The notes under the pieces were generated by a model. The model did not search any database. It saw nothing but the letters and a program-made list of their open reading frames with translations, and was not told the origin of the DNA. A program made the position numbers and the translations under genes. Positions 1-10,229 of a DNA stretch of 36,018 nt are shown piece by piece. Each line of letters begins with the position of its first letter. Within the stretch, counting starts at the first letter, position 1. The stretch comes from a virus. Taxonomy: Duplodnaviria > Caudoviricetes. The stretch lies in IMG/VR virus record IMGVR_UViG_3300020042_006171, positions 1 through 36,018 of that record; one strand, given 5' to 3'.

Positions 1-121
1 TCTTTAGTAACTTAAAACTCTCAGCCGAACAAGCTCAGGGGGCTATCGTAGCGCTGGAGAGTTCTCTCGAGGCGGTCTCGTCTTTGGCTAAAACAATGAA
101 AGGCAACGTTCCAAAAGGGGC
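1..121. repeat. Terminal direct repeat, left copy (circular assembly overlap)
   Basis: Bases 1-121 are identical to 35898-36018 (tctttagtaac...ccaaaaggggc) and the tape-measure reading frame continues across the junction. Confidence 0.97.
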
Positions 122-2699
122 TCCCGTGGACTCTAAGGGCGTAGCTGAGTTAAACGCAGCGCAGCAAAAAGCAAACGATCTGGCTAAGGCCCGTATGGAT
201 ATCGACAAACAGCTTATAAAAGAAAAATTAAAACTACAGGAGGCTAATAAGCAAGTAGTCGCAGCCCTAAAAGAGGAGATCCTCCTCGAGCAGAAAGGCC
301 TCGGGACCTTGGAGAAAGTTAAGATTGAAAGTAACCAGCTCAGAAAGGAGCGCGAAAAGCTGAATTTAAGCACCGCCGAAGGGTCCAAAAGATTAAAAGA
401 AATTAACCTAGTACTCGATAAGAATAACGCAATAGTACGGGAAAGCGCCGACAACCTCAAACGCCAGACCCTAAACGTAGGAAACTACGAGGGGGCAATT
501 AAGCCGCTAAAGACTCAGCTCCGCGAGATGACTATGGCACTCCAAAACATGGACGAGGCGCACCCAGATTTTAACAGAATGGTAGCGGAAGCGGGGCAGC
601 TTCGCGATAAGATAAGCGATACAAAGGCAGTAATAGACGCGACGGCGGGCTCTGGAGTCGAAAATATGGCAAAAGGACTGGCAGGCGTCGGCTCTATTGG
701 TGTGCAAGCGTTCCAAGGTATCGAGGGAGGTATGGCACTTTTCGGCGTAGAGTCTGAGAGCGTTATGAAAACCCTTGTTAAATTGCAAGCGTTGGCGGCC
801 TTATCGGACGCACTTAAAGGCCTCGGAGCTCTGGGCGATACAATGACAGAGATAAAGGCCTCGTTTTCTGCGGCGGCCACTCAGTTAGGACTATTCACAG
901 CGGCCAAAGAGGTTGATACTGTCGTAACTGTAGGCGAGACAGTGGCAACCGAGGGCGCTACTGTAGCGACTAACGGACTAGGTAAAGCGATGCTTTCCCT
1001 CCCTATTGTGGCTTTAATTGCGGGAATTGCCGCACTTGCTGCGGGGCTTGTTTACCTTGCGACCAAATCGGACGGAGTGGCTGAGAGTATCGGAAAAGGA
1101 TTTAAGGCGGCCCATAAAGCCGTTATCGACTTTAATAAGGAGCTTTCTCGTATTGGAGATATCCAAGACAAACAAACCGAGACCATTCTCGCGAACCTAG
1201 ACCGAGAGGCGCGTCGTCGTATCGCTATGGGGGAGGATGAAATTAAGGTACAAAAGGAGATTAATATCCGTAAAATTGAACAGTTAAAGATAGGTATCGC
1301 CCAAGATCGTAGCTCCGTAAAACAACTAGAGGCAGAAATAGCTAAATTAAAAGTTTACGAGGTGCAAACTAAACAGCTAATATTGCAACAAATAGCGCAG
1401 ACCCAAATAGACTACGCGAACAGCTTAACGGATATAGGCAGAACTCAGGCACGAAACAAGGAAAAGGATCTACTCGAGCAGCTTAAAGCCCTCGAGAAGT
1501 CGAACCAAAAAACACTATTTGAAACGAACAAACTACTCTACCAGAAAACCGCCGAGATAGTTAACGCCAAAGACGCAGTAATGGAGCTAGAACTGTCTCA
1601 AATGGAGCTAGACAAAACCGAACGCGAGAACGCACAGAAAGCCGCAGAGGACCGCAAAAAACAGGCTACCGATACTGTAAAAGACGCGAAGAAACTAAAG
1701 GCCGAACTCGATAAAATCGATAAGGAGTACGAGGACGCAGCGCGCAAAAGACGCGAAGCGGCGGAGGACGAAGCGGAGAAACGCGCAGAATTTGCACTAG
1801 CACAGAAGCGAAGCGAAAAGGAGGCCTTAGACGCTATCGACTTGCAAATCGAAAAGGACGCAGCCGCTAAGGCTCTGGAGGACGAAATCGCAGACGAGAA
1901 AAGACAGGAGGCCGCACTAGCTGACAAGCTAAAAAAGGAGGAGGAGGCCCTCCAAAAACGCTACGAAATGGCGCAGAATTTCGCCGACGCTTCGAACGCA
2001 TACGCGCAGAAAGCGCTGGACGAAAAGCTGGCGATGTTAGACAAAGAAATAGACGCGAGCCAAAAACAGCAAAACGTACTCGAGGAGCTAGCAAATAGCG
2101 GAAACATACAAGCCCAACAGTCCCTAACTGAGCAGTACAAAATAGAGGCAGAGGCAGCGCGTAAAAAGGCAGAACTCGAGAAGAGAAAACAAGAATTTGC
2201 TATAATTAGCCAGACGATAAACTCCTTTTTACAGGCGCGAGCAGCGGGGGAAAACGTGGGGCAGGCTTTGGCTTCGGCTGGAGGAGACGCCGCAGTATTG
2301 CAGTCCCTTGTCGCTATGCTTCCCACGTTCTTAGAGGGGACCGAAAACACGGGCAAAGTATCGAACCCTTTAGACTCAAACGGCGGACGTTTGGCAGTTA
2401 TTCACGACGAAGAGCGTATCTTAACTAAAGAACATAACGCAATTATAGGAAACATGAGCAACGCCGAGCTGGTTAATACCGTACAAATGGCGAAATTTAA
2501 AGACAATACTACGGACTCAGCTCCTAGCGGGTGGGATAATGCGGCGATAATTGCAGAGCTACAGGGCGTAAAACAAGCGATAAAAGCGCAGCCAGTACCT
2601 AACTTAGAACTGGGCCGCATAACCCAGAAAACTATGGAGATCGTACACACTATAAAAGAGGGCAACCAAGAAACAAAAAATACATTTCGCATACGATGA
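3..2699 (+). CDS. Tail tape measure protein (main part; true start at 35852 across the junction, about 914 aa total)
   Basis: Long Ala/Glu/Lys-rich coiled coil with a central hydrophobic segment (LPIVALIAGIAALAAGLVYL) and a C-terminal F.EGTE...IHDEERIL motif. It lies between the tail chaperone and tail-tip genes. The frame is open from position 3. Confidence 0.88.
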   Translation, partial: FSNLKLSAEQAQGAIVALESSLEAVSSLAKTMKGNVPKGAPVDSKGVAELNAAQQKANDLAKARMDIDKQLIKEKLKLQEANKQVVAALKEEILLEQKGLGTLEKVKIESNQLRKEREKLNLSTAEGSKRLKEINLVLDKNNAIVRESADNLKRQTLNVGNYEGAIKPLKTQLREMTMALQNMDEAHPDFNRMVAEAGQLRDKISDTKAVIDATAGSGVENMAKGLAGVGSIGVQAFQGIEGGMALFGVESESVMKTLVKLQALAALSDALKGLGALGDTMTEIKASFSAAATQLGLFTAAKEVDTVVTVGETVATEGATVATNGLGKAMLSLPIVALIAGIAALAAGLVYLATKSDGVAESIGKGFKAAHKAVIDFNKELSRIGDIQDKQTETILANLDREARRRIAMGEDEIKVQKEINIRKIEQLKIGIAQDRSSVKQLEAEIAKLKVYEVQTKQLILQQIAQTQIDYANSLTDIGRTQARNKEKDLLEQLKALEKSNQKTLFETNKLLYQKTAEIVNAKDAVMELELSQMELDKTERENAQKAAEDRKKQATDTVKDAKKLKAELDKIDKEYEDAARKRREAAEDEAEKRAEFALAQKRSEKEALDAIDLQIEKDAAAKALEDEIADEKRQEAALADKLKKEEEALQKRYEMAQNFADASNAYAQKALDEKLAMLDKEIDASQKQQNVLEELANSGNIQAQQSLTEQYKIEAEAARKKAELEKRKQEFAIISQTINSFLQARAAGENVGQALASAGGDAAVLQSLVAMLPTFLEGTENTGKVSNPLDSNGGRLAVIHDEERILTKEHNAIIGNMSNAELVNTVQMAKFKDNTTDSAPSGWDNAAIIAELQGVKQAIKAQPVPNLELGRITQKTMEIVHTIKEGNQETKNTFRIR

Positions 2700-4423
2700 C
2701 AAACTACGAATTTCGCCACTTTATAAACGGGATTGAAGTCGTACCCGTTGGCGCCGAAAATATAGGGATAAAGCTCGATTTTATGAGCGATATATCGGAG
2801 GGCGAACTTACTACCGATACGCTGAAACTCACAAATGCAGCATACCGCGAGGTTAATATGCACGTGAATAGCGGCGAGGGGTTATTCGAGGGGATCCCGT
2901 ACGAGATAAAGGTCGGCTCCGTAACGCTGGAGTACTTCGTTAACCTTACAGAGGGGGCTATTTTTGCGGATAGTTACGTCGAATGTAAGATACAAAAACG
3001 CTGGGCCCTGTCAACTTTCAGAGACAGAGCTCGAGGGCTTTCCTTTGAGAGCCTAAACGCAAACGCCCCTATCTCGGGGATCTTCGATATTCCGTATATT
3101 ATCGTCCCAGATAACCAGATCGAGCTCTTTATAATGCTATCCTTTGCGACCTACCAGAGTACGCTCGCAGTAATACAAGCGACCCGAGACTTAATAACCA
3201 TAATAACAGCGGGAACCGTAGAGGCGTCGACCCCTATCGTGGGCGTAACGCCGTCAGTAAATGCGGGGGCTATCGCTTCGCTCATTCTTAAAATAGCAGC
3301 CCAAACTATCTATACTTTGGCCCTTATTTTAATACTGGTTAAATTGATTAAAGATATTATAGAGCTAATCGTCCCGAAAGTTAGGTATCTGAAAGGCTCT
3401 AAAATTAAAAACCTAATCGAACAGGGTTGCACGTATTTAGGTTACGGCTTCTCGTCTACTTTGCTCGATGCAATTGGAGGGCTTACACACTTGCCCGTCC
3501 CGCTTGTTAAGTCTAACCCTAGTATTTTAAGCCAAATACTCGGAAACTCTACGGCGTACTATAACAAAGGGTATCCTACGGCGTCCGATACTACGCCCCA
3601 GCTTTGGGATTTAATTGGCGAGATAAGGGATTTATTTAACGGTAAAGTGTATATCCGTAACAAGGTCGTACACTTGGAACGCAGGGACTTTTTAGCCTCT
3701 TTTGCCAGCTCTTCGCTTGTCAATACCCTAAACCTCCAGAACATACGAGAGAACGCTACCGAGTTTAATTTTATGAACACTTGGAAACGCTACTTTATGC
3801 ACTACCAATTCGACCCCGCGGACCTCTGGACTATGGACGGAATAGAGGGGGTTTTCGCTGAGTACTCTACCGAGGCAATTAATACAACTAACGCGGATCT
3901 GGTAACTATTAAAAACCTTGCCGAAATTCCTAGCTCTTTTAGTCTGGCAAACAGAAAAAAAGAACTAAACGCCGTAGAGAATAGCCTCTCAGTTTTGGCT
4001 ATAGGAGTCGATAATACTATAAATTTCTTAGGGGGAAACTCAAATTTAAACGCTTTACTCCTTAACCGTATCGGAGTTACTCAGATCTCGCAGCAATTTT
4101 TTACCGTCTCAAAACTAATGTACACGATAGGAGGCAAACAGCCTGCGAACTTTGTAGACTTTATCGGAATGACTGCGATATATGACAACTACCACGTTAT
4201 AAACCAAGTAAAGGAAAACTTTAAGGCTATCGAAAAAAGCGCGGTCCCTTTTGCTCCTTTGCAGTTTGAAAACATGATTAATAATAATTTTTTCTTTGAC
4301 CAGAACGGGGGGCCGCTAGAAATTCGTACTTTTGAATGGACCAGCGGAGCAGCTAGGGCCTCAATAGAGTATCAATATCCTAGTACCAAAGCATGGAACA
4401 CTAAAACGGTAAAAATTTCGTAA
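2696..4423 (+). CDS. Putative tail-tip/hub structural protein
   Basis: 575 aa, ATGA-coupled to the tape measure gene. Assigned by position only. Confidence 0.6.
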   Translation: MTNYEFRHFINGIEVVPVGAENIGIKLDFMSDISEGELTTDTLKLTNAAYREVNMHVNSGEGLFEGIPYEIKVGSVTLEYFVNLTEGAIFADSYVECKIQKRWALSTFRDRARGLSFESLNANAPISGIFDIPYIIVPDNQIELFIMLSFATYQSTLAVIQATRDLITIITAGTVEASTPIVGVTPSVNAGAIASLILKIAAQTIYTLALILILVKLIKDIIELIVPKVRYLKGSKIKNLIEQGCTYLGYGFSSTLLDAIGGLTHLPVPLVKSNPSILSQILGNSTAYYNKGYPTASDTTPQLWDLIGEIRDLFNGKVYIRNKVVHLERRDFLASFASSSLVNTLNLQNIRENATEFNFMNTWKRYFMHYQFDPADLWTMDGIEGVFAEYSTEAINTTNADLVTIKNLAEIPSSFSLANRKKELNAVENSLSVLAIGVDNTINFLGGNSNLNALLLNRIGVTQISQQFFTVSKLMYTIGGKQPANFVDFIGMTAIYDNYHVINQVKENFKAIEKSAVPFAPLQFENMINNNFFFDQNGGPLEIRTFEWTSGAARASIEYQYPSTKAWNTKTVKIS

Positions 4424-4424
4424 A

Positions 4425-4634
4425 ATGGAAAGCCTAATAAAACTAGCAGAACAAGTTCAAGCCGAGACGGCGCGAGCTTTCGAGAAGTTAATCACTCCCG
4501 AAGTTATGGAAAAATTAACCCCAGAACAAAAAAAAGCTATCGCGGTAGCACAAAATCCGTTATCTTTGAGCGGAGGACTTTCGCAAAAGATAGACGAGTT
4601 ACAAAAATTAATAGTTTCGATACATGGCGTTTAG
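4425..4634 (+). CDS. Hypothetical protein in tail module
   Basis: 69 aa, tightly packed between two tail genes, helical composition. Confidence 0.6.
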   Translation: MESLIKLAEQVQAETARAFEKLITPEVMEKLTPEQKKAIAVAQNPLSLSGGLSQKIDELQKLIVSIHGV

Positions 4635-7600
4635 TATAATCGACGAAGAGTACAACGGGCTGGCGGCGCTTTACGCGAACGCTGGGAAGTGGATAACTGG
4701 AGAGGTGAAAGTTAGTAATACTTTCACAATAGGGAGCGGAGTCTCGAACACGTTCACAGCTTCGGGCCTTGTTATTTCTTTACAGTCTGGGCTATGGGGT
4801 ACGGCGGGCTTTGCTGCGGGCGACTCTATTACTATCTCTTTTTTCTCCTATTTAGGGGGTATTAACTATGGAGCTAAATCCTATACTCGTACGATCACAT
4901 ATATAAACGGTAATTTATTATATATTGACTCAGTACTGCCCGCACCGTTTACGAATTTAGTATATCCTACTGCGGGGAAAGTAGCGGGAATGTTAATACA
5001 AGCTAACAAACTACCCCAGCAAATAGACTTTAATTTCAATTTAACGCCTAGCGGTACGTCCTCGATTAATTCGATTATCGACGGACAAGTTAACCGCTTT
5101 AAAGCCTTGACAGGTTCGGCGGTTGTTGCTACTCCTATAACTATGGCGCAGCAAGGATTTAAGAGCGGGGGCCTTTTAAAAGATGTAACGATAACAAGGA
5201 CGGCGGATACTGGCACGGGTGGGATAACTAAAAATTTTACTATCTCTTTTAAGTTCCTACAGTGGGGGCTATTCCTGAGCGGGCAAACGTTCCCGAGCTG
5301 GTACAATGCTGCGGACTGTTTAACTACAGCGGTACAATGCAAAAGCTATTCTCTGGTAGGCAACCCTAACGGAATGGCTACCGCAGTAAACGGAGTAAAG
5401 GAGGCAAATACTGGATACTTCGGGGAAAACTATAACGGCGGAGCGACTAAATACACTTTTAACAGTATCGACCTTTTCGACGCTTTGGCTAACCCTGTAG
5501 CCCAAATCGACTACAGCGGGCCGACTACTTTCTCGGCAACGTTAACGACGCCGAGCCAGTTAAACGGGACTAGCGTCTACCGTATAGGCGTATTTTTTGC
5601 ACCCGAGGACGATACGCTTTTTAAAAATCTACCTACAGGGCTAGGGAATAACCTACTTTTAAACGCTCCAGAGGTTAACTTTTTACACTCAGGAACGCCG
5701 AGCCCGACCGTTTACAGCGGTCTAGCTAACGCGGAGGGGGTATCTATTGACTTGACAAATTTACAATTTAGTCATGCAGCGGGAACGCTTACGGTTTCGG
5801 GGCTTTTAACAGTGAATAACGGCGCTACTTTTTTCGATGCTATCGCAGACGGGGGGCGTAAACTTGTTATTTACGTGCAAGTCTCAGACTATGCACTAGA
5901 CGGGACAGGAAACGACGAGACTAACGTAGTAATCTATTCGGACGATTGCTTTAACGCTCCTACTTTAGGCGTACAAATTCCAACGATAACGACCGAAACT
6001 TTAACCGATCACGGAGGGCAGGATACAACTAGCTCGGTAGTCGGTAACATTACAACAGAGGACGACGTGCTCTACAGTTGCGCTTTTACGCTGCCAGAGT
6101 CTACCGTTTTTGAGGGTGTACGCTGCGCTATTTCAGCTAGAAATACCGTAACGGACGAGAGCTTTACGCTAGAAACTCAAACGCTTTCTTTTGGGAGCGT
6201 TCCCTATATCGCTGGGATTTACGAGGCTAATATCTCAGTCCCGAGAAATTTCCTACTACCTCCCACCTCAGACCGAAACACTATAACGTTAACCAGATAC
6301 CCGAGTCTAGACGGTGGCGGGCAGTATGGGCTACTTTTAAACTACGGTTTTTTAACTGACTGGAGATACTGGCAGGAACTAAGCGCCGTAAATGATTTTT
6401 TCTTCGATGCTGCGGAGGATTTTAATGGTAAGAATAGAAACTGGCAGCGCTTTTTTACTGGAGACTGGAGTCTATTCGTAGAGCTTTACACTCAAAAGGA
6501 CGGAGTAGAAGATTTTAACTTCTTCGAAATTAAGCCGAGAACCTACGAGGACGAGCCTAGCGTATCGCTGGCGACAGTTATAACCTCGCCAGACGGTTCT
6601 AACCCGTCTACTTTTTTGGCGGGCGTAGAGTCAGGCCTAGCCCTTTCCTTTTCGTGGGATCAACTATTCGATAGTTCGTGGGTACAAGTTACCGCAGAGA
6701 ACAAAGAGGGGGCCCGTATCGGTTTTGTATCTTCGGTCCTAGACCAAGGTAACATAAATACAAATATTTTAAAACCTGTAACGGGACAAACTAAGTTAAT
6801 ACTGGCAGGCAACGGGACCAATACACTAACGACGGCGTGCAAAGTAGATTTAACAGACGTAGCGGCGAGCGATATCTCCCTTACTTATAGAGTTTTCTCG
6901 CTTCCAAAGGGTACGCTGGGCTATATTATACAAGCTCGAAAAGACGCGAAACTCGCCTACTCTTTACAGAAAATAAGCCCCGACGCCGTGTACTCAGGCC
7001 CATGTATTAACGTACGTAGGGACTCAGATAATACCTTTACGGATATAGGCTTTATCGGTAGCGCTTTAGATACTGCGGCTCTTTTGGCTTTCGTTGGCGC
7101 TGGTAGCGGATACGTTCGAACTTGGTACGACCAAGGCGGCGGAGGACTTAACGCGGGACAGGTTACACTTTCCAAACAGCCAAAAATAGTTAACTCTGGG
7201 GCGCTTATTGTGGATCCTTTGAACAGCTTACCCTCGATAGAGTTCGACGGCGTTAACGATTTTTTCGACCTTAGTCAGACGTTCGCGTGGCCTTTGCGCT
7301 TTATGCAGACTTTTGTATCTAACAGAAACGCAGGGGCGGGAATTATCGCGTTAGGTAACGGCGCAGACAACGCGACGACGGCCCTCTGGTTAGGCTCTCC
7401 AGACAATCGCGTCTTTACTTGTATCGGAGCCCTCGAGGATTTAGGAACCGAAAGCACCAGCCAACAGGCCCTTATAACTGTAGTACATAACAACGATACG
7501 CCCCTTACTTCGATATATGTTAACGGGGCGCCTTTCAATACTACGGCCGAAAGTAATAACGCTAACACTCTGGAGTATGTCGGGAGACTCGGCGCTTACT

Positions 7601-7701
7601 ACGCTCAGGGGTTAATGCAGGAGCTTGTTTTTTGGGACAAAAATAAAGAGAGCGAAAGGGCTCTAATTGAAAGTAATACGATACTAAGATATGGACTATA
7701 G
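4624..7701 (+). CDS. Large tail protein with C-terminal arabinofuranosidase-B-like/ConA(LamG)-type lectin domain
   Basis: 1025 aa, rich in Thr/Gly/Ser/Asn. The last quarter carries AYSLQKI...GPCINVRRDSDN...DIGF...GYVRTWYDQGG...FDGVND...QELVFW, a motif set typical of this phage glycan-binding domain. Confidence 0.7.
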   Translation: MAFSIIDEEYNGLAALYANAGKWITGEVKVSNTFTIGSGVSNTFTASGLVISLQSGLWGTAGFAAGDSITISFFSYLGGINYGAKSYTRTITYINGNLLYIDSVLPAPFTNLVYPTAGKVAGMLIQANKLPQQIDFNFNLTPSGTSSINSIIDGQVNRFKALTGSAVVATPITMAQQGFKSGGLLKDVTITRTADTGTGGITKNFTISFKFLQWGLFLSGQTFPSWYNAADCLTTAVQCKSYSLVGNPNGMATAVNGVKEANTGYFGENYNGGATKYTFNSIDLFDALANPVAQIDYSGPTTFSATLTTPSQLNGTSVYRIGVFFAPEDDTLFKNLPTGLGNNLLLNAPEVNFLHSGTPSPTVYSGLANAEGVSIDLTNLQFSHAAGTLTVSGLLTVNNGATFFDAIADGGRKLVIYVQVSDYALDGTGNDETNVVIYSDDCFNAPTLGVQIPTITTETLTDHGGQDTTSSVVGNITTEDDVLYSCAFTLPESTVFEGVRCAISARNTVTDESFTLETQTLSFGSVPYIAGIYEANISVPRNFLLPPTSDRNTITLTRYPSLDGGGQYGLLLNYGFLTDWRYWQELSAVNDFFFDAAEDFNGKNRNWQRFFTGDWSLFVELYTQKDGVEDFNFFEIKPRTYEDEPSVSLATVITSPDGSNPSTFLAGVESGLALSFSWDQLFDSSWVQVTAENKEGARIGFVSSVLDQGNINTNILKPVTGQTKLILAGNGTNTLTTACKVDLTDVAASDISLTYRVFSLPKGTLGYIIQARKDAKLAYSLQKISPDAVYSGPCINVRRDSDNTFTDIGFIGSALDTAALLAFVGAGSGYVRTWYDQGGGGLNAGQVTLSKQPKIVNSGALIVDPLNSLPSIEFDGVNDFFDLSQTFAWPLRFMQTFVSNRNAGAGIIALGNGADNATTALWLGSPDNRVFTCIGALEDLGTESTSQQALITVVHNNDTPLTSIYVNGAPFNTTAESNNANTLEYVGRLGAYYAQGLMQELVFWDKNKESERALIESNTILRYGL

Positions 7702-8548
7702 AAAAAAAATAGACTATTCTCCCGTAACGCTTCCGAGTAAACCAGAGGACGAGGACAGAGGCGCGCACGGTTGTTGCTTTTCGTTTCCAGTAGTGGCCTC
7801 TACGGCTTCGGCGGATACGTGGAAAAACGACAAAAAGCTAGTTTATTACAAAAAGAATGAGGCGGGCGACTCGGTTACGTGGACCCTCTCTAAGTGCGGT
7901 ACTGGCGTAGTCGCAAATTTAGGCGTTTCTCTGATATGTCCTAACGAACCGCTGGGCGTTGGGTATATTTTCGACTGGCGTAGTATTTTACTAGCGTACG
8001 GGATAGGAGAGTACTCTATCGCTATCGTTTTTAATATTGCAGGAATTTCTGGAGGGTACACAGTCGGGGAGTACGAGCTTTTCGAGTACGATATAAAGCG
8101 ACTAAATAACTCGATACGTGTTAGGTCCCTTTATAATTCGTTTAGTTTGGCCGCAGACTTTGACTTTACAAACAGCAACGCCGAGGACACTATCCGAACG
8201 TCTGGAATTTTCGGCTTTATGGATCCGAACACACAGATAGATAATTTACTCGATATTAACAGGACCGTAGTAAAAACTACTCGCGAAAACTTAAAAGCGT
8301 TTCACTTAACAGCCGAGCCTTTAGTATCGGAGGAGTCTAAAGCGCTAGTCGATTTTATTCTTTTGAACGAGGACGGGCTTTTTATCTCAGACCATAATAA
8401 AACAAATCACGACTACCAGCTTTTAGACTATCCCGTAGTACTGGAGAGCACTATCGCGCTGGAGTATTTAGGGGCTTCTCGTTTGGTTACATTAAAGGGC
8501 TCTTTTGGGGAGCGTAGAAAAATAAATAAATCCTACTACAATGTCTAG
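7691..8548 (+). CDS. Putative virion structural protein (tail module)
   Basis: 285 aa, overlaps both neighbours in the tail operon. No motif recognised. Confidence 0.55.
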   Translation: MDYRKKIDYSPVTLPSKPEDEDRGAHGCCFSFPVVASTASADTWKNDKKLVYYKKNEAGDSVTWTLSKCGTGVVANLGVSLICPNEPLGVGYIFDWRSILLAYGIGEYSIAIVFNIAGISGGYTVGEYELFEYDIKRLNNSIRVRSLYNSFSLAADFDFTNSNAEDTIRTSGIFGFMDPNTQIDNLLDINRTVVKTTRENLKAFHLTAEPLVSEESKALVDFILLNEDGLFISDHNKTNHDYQLLDYPVVLESTIALEYLGASRLVTLKGSFGERRKINKSYYNV

Positions 8549-10229
8549 TACTATTAAGATAAACGGGAATTTTTTCCAGCTTTACGATACCGCTACGGGG
8601 GACGAGATTATACGCTCTAATCGTGCAAATACTACATTTTCGATCGACAGTAGCGACGTTTTTAGTTTCTACTTTGACTCCCCCGTAAAAACGCAGTTTC
8701 CACTAGGCACGCCTACGGAGGTTTATCCTTTTAATTTTGACTTTGCCGACCTTATCGACTCCCGTACGGGGCTCGCTTTTGTTTCAGTCGCGGACCTAGA
8801 GACCTACCTAAGCGAAACACTGTGCGGGGTTCTTGTCGGGTCCGATCCACTAAAGGAGGATAAGATTAATAAGGTTAGCGATTTTACGGTAATAGACGAA
8901 ATAACCTACCCGAATACTAAGGCCGTAGTAGGTTTACTCTCAGGACTTACGGCTTACTTTTTTTATAAAACAGCGAGCGCCGTAGTGCCTGCATATTACC
9001 AGATGAAAACGGACCCGAGCGGCGGAGCCCTCCAGACTATTGTAACGGCTGGGATAATTTCGGGGCAAAAATTAACTACTTTTATAACAAACACGGGGAG
9101 CCCTAACATAACTTTTTTACCTAGCGGAGTCGTGCGGGTTAATATCCACGCCGACAAATCCGTAGGGACTAAAGACGTACAACTTTACGCGGTAATCTCA
9201 AAGAGGATTCTAGCAGGAACCGAGACGGTAATAGTAACAACGGGCTATTCAACTCTACTACCTTTAGGAGGAGCGAGCGCGGACTATTTCGTAGACGGTT
9301 CGATAACTGCGGGGGTGCCTTTGCTTTCTACGGATTTACTTTTAGTAGATATTTACGCATATTGCCCTCTCGGCGGTTCGGCTCCTACTATTACTTTAGG
9401 CGTAGAGGATAACACGGCGGCGCGTTTAGAGCTACCTAGTGGGACCGTAGACCTCTCAGGAAAAGAAAACACAGCGAACAAACAGAACAGCCTAACGGTA
9501 GACGGTACGGGGGTAAAATTCCCAACAGTCGACGCCGTTAACGCAGGGCTAGCACTAAAGGAGGATAAAATACTTAAAGACGCCTCTGGAGGTTATGTCG
9601 GAAAGACTTTGCAAAACATAAACTTTGTTAATGTAGCTAATACTTTTACCTCGTTTTTTACTAATTTAAACACGGCCGCAAGGACTTACACTTTTCCGAA
9701 TAGAACGGGGACAATTGCGGATAATACGGACCTAGCTCTAAAGCAAAGCACCTCTGGAAAGGATGCGTCTAACGGTTACGCAGGACTGACGCTTTTAAAG
9801 ATAAATTTTAAGAACGTCGCTAATACTTTTACCTCGTTTTTTACTAACACGAACACAGCCGCAAGGACTTACTCCTTTCAAGATAGAGACGGGACTATCG
9901 CAGACGGTACGGACCTAGCTCTAAAAGAAAACACAGCGAACAAACAGAACAGCCTATCGGTAGACGGTACGGGGGTAAAATTCCCAACAGTTGACGCCGT
10001 TAACTCGTTCGGTATTACTGTAGATTGTACCGATAATTTGACGGGCACTTTTGCGCTTTCCTATGCGTATAAAATTAACTCAATCACAAACATAACAGGA
10101 GCGCCAACGGTTACGATTTTAGACGACGGGGCAGCGTACACTTTAACGAACACGATAGCAGCTAATAGCGTTATGCAAATAACCGCTAATATCTCTAGTA
10201 GATTTCAATTAAACATTCAAAAAGTATGA
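8541..10229 (+). CDS. Tail fibre protein with internal repeats
   Basis: 562 aa, Thr-rich, with repeated fibre-shaft units (KENTANKQNSL.VDGTGVKFPTVDAVN twice; NVANTFTSFFTN.NTAARTY twice). Confidence 0.72.
   Translation: MSSTIKINGNFFQLYDTATGDEIIRSNRANTTFSIDSSDVFSFYFDSPVKTQFPLGTPTEVYPFNFDFADLIDSRTGLAFVSVADLETYLSETLCGVLVGSDPLKEDKINKVSDFTVIDEITYPNTKAVVGLLSGLTAYFFYKTASAVVPAYYQMKTDPSGGALQTIVTAGIISGQKLTTFITNTGSPNITFLPSGVVRVNIHADKSVGTKDVQLYAVISKRILAGTETVIVTTGYSTLLPLGGASADYFVDGSITAGVPLLSTDLLLVDIYAYCPLGGSAPTITLGVEDNTAARLELPSGTVDLSGKENTANKQNSLTVDGTGVKFPTVDAVNAGLALKEDKILKDASGGYVGKTLQNINFVNVANTFTSFFTNLNTAARTYTFPNRTGTIADNTDLALKQSTSGKDASNGYAGLTLLKINFKNVANTFTSFFTNTNTAARTYSFQDRDGTIADGTDLALKENTANKQNSLSVDGTGVKFPTVDAVNSFGITVDCTDNLTGTFALSYAYKINSITNITGAPTVTILDDGAAYTLTNTIAANSVMQITANISSRFQLNIQKV
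9461..9542 (+). repeat. 82-bp direct repeat A, copy 1
   Basis: Matches 9923-10004 with 2 mismatches; offset 462 bp (154 codons). Confidence 0.92.
9636..9922 (+). repeat. Tandem 183-bp (61-codon) repeat B, conserved cores of two copies
   Basis: gctaatacttttacctcgttttttactaa occurs at 9636 and 9819; both copies end in tacggacctagctctaaa. Confidence 0.85.
9923..10004 (+). repeat. 82-bp direct repeat A, copy 2
   Basis: Matches 9461-9542 with 2 mismatches. Confidence 0.92.

Noticed and set aside
35-2863. Multiple minus-strand ORFs over the tape measure gene
   Set aside because: They are Ser/Phe/Ala-rich mirror translations of a Glu/Lys/Ala coiled coil, with no leaders or motifs.
9461-10004. Tail-fibre repeats as a DGR template/variable pair
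   Set aside because: There is no reverse transcriptase in the closed genome, both copies lie in one reading frame, and the two mismatches (A/T, C/T) are not an adenine-specific pattern.
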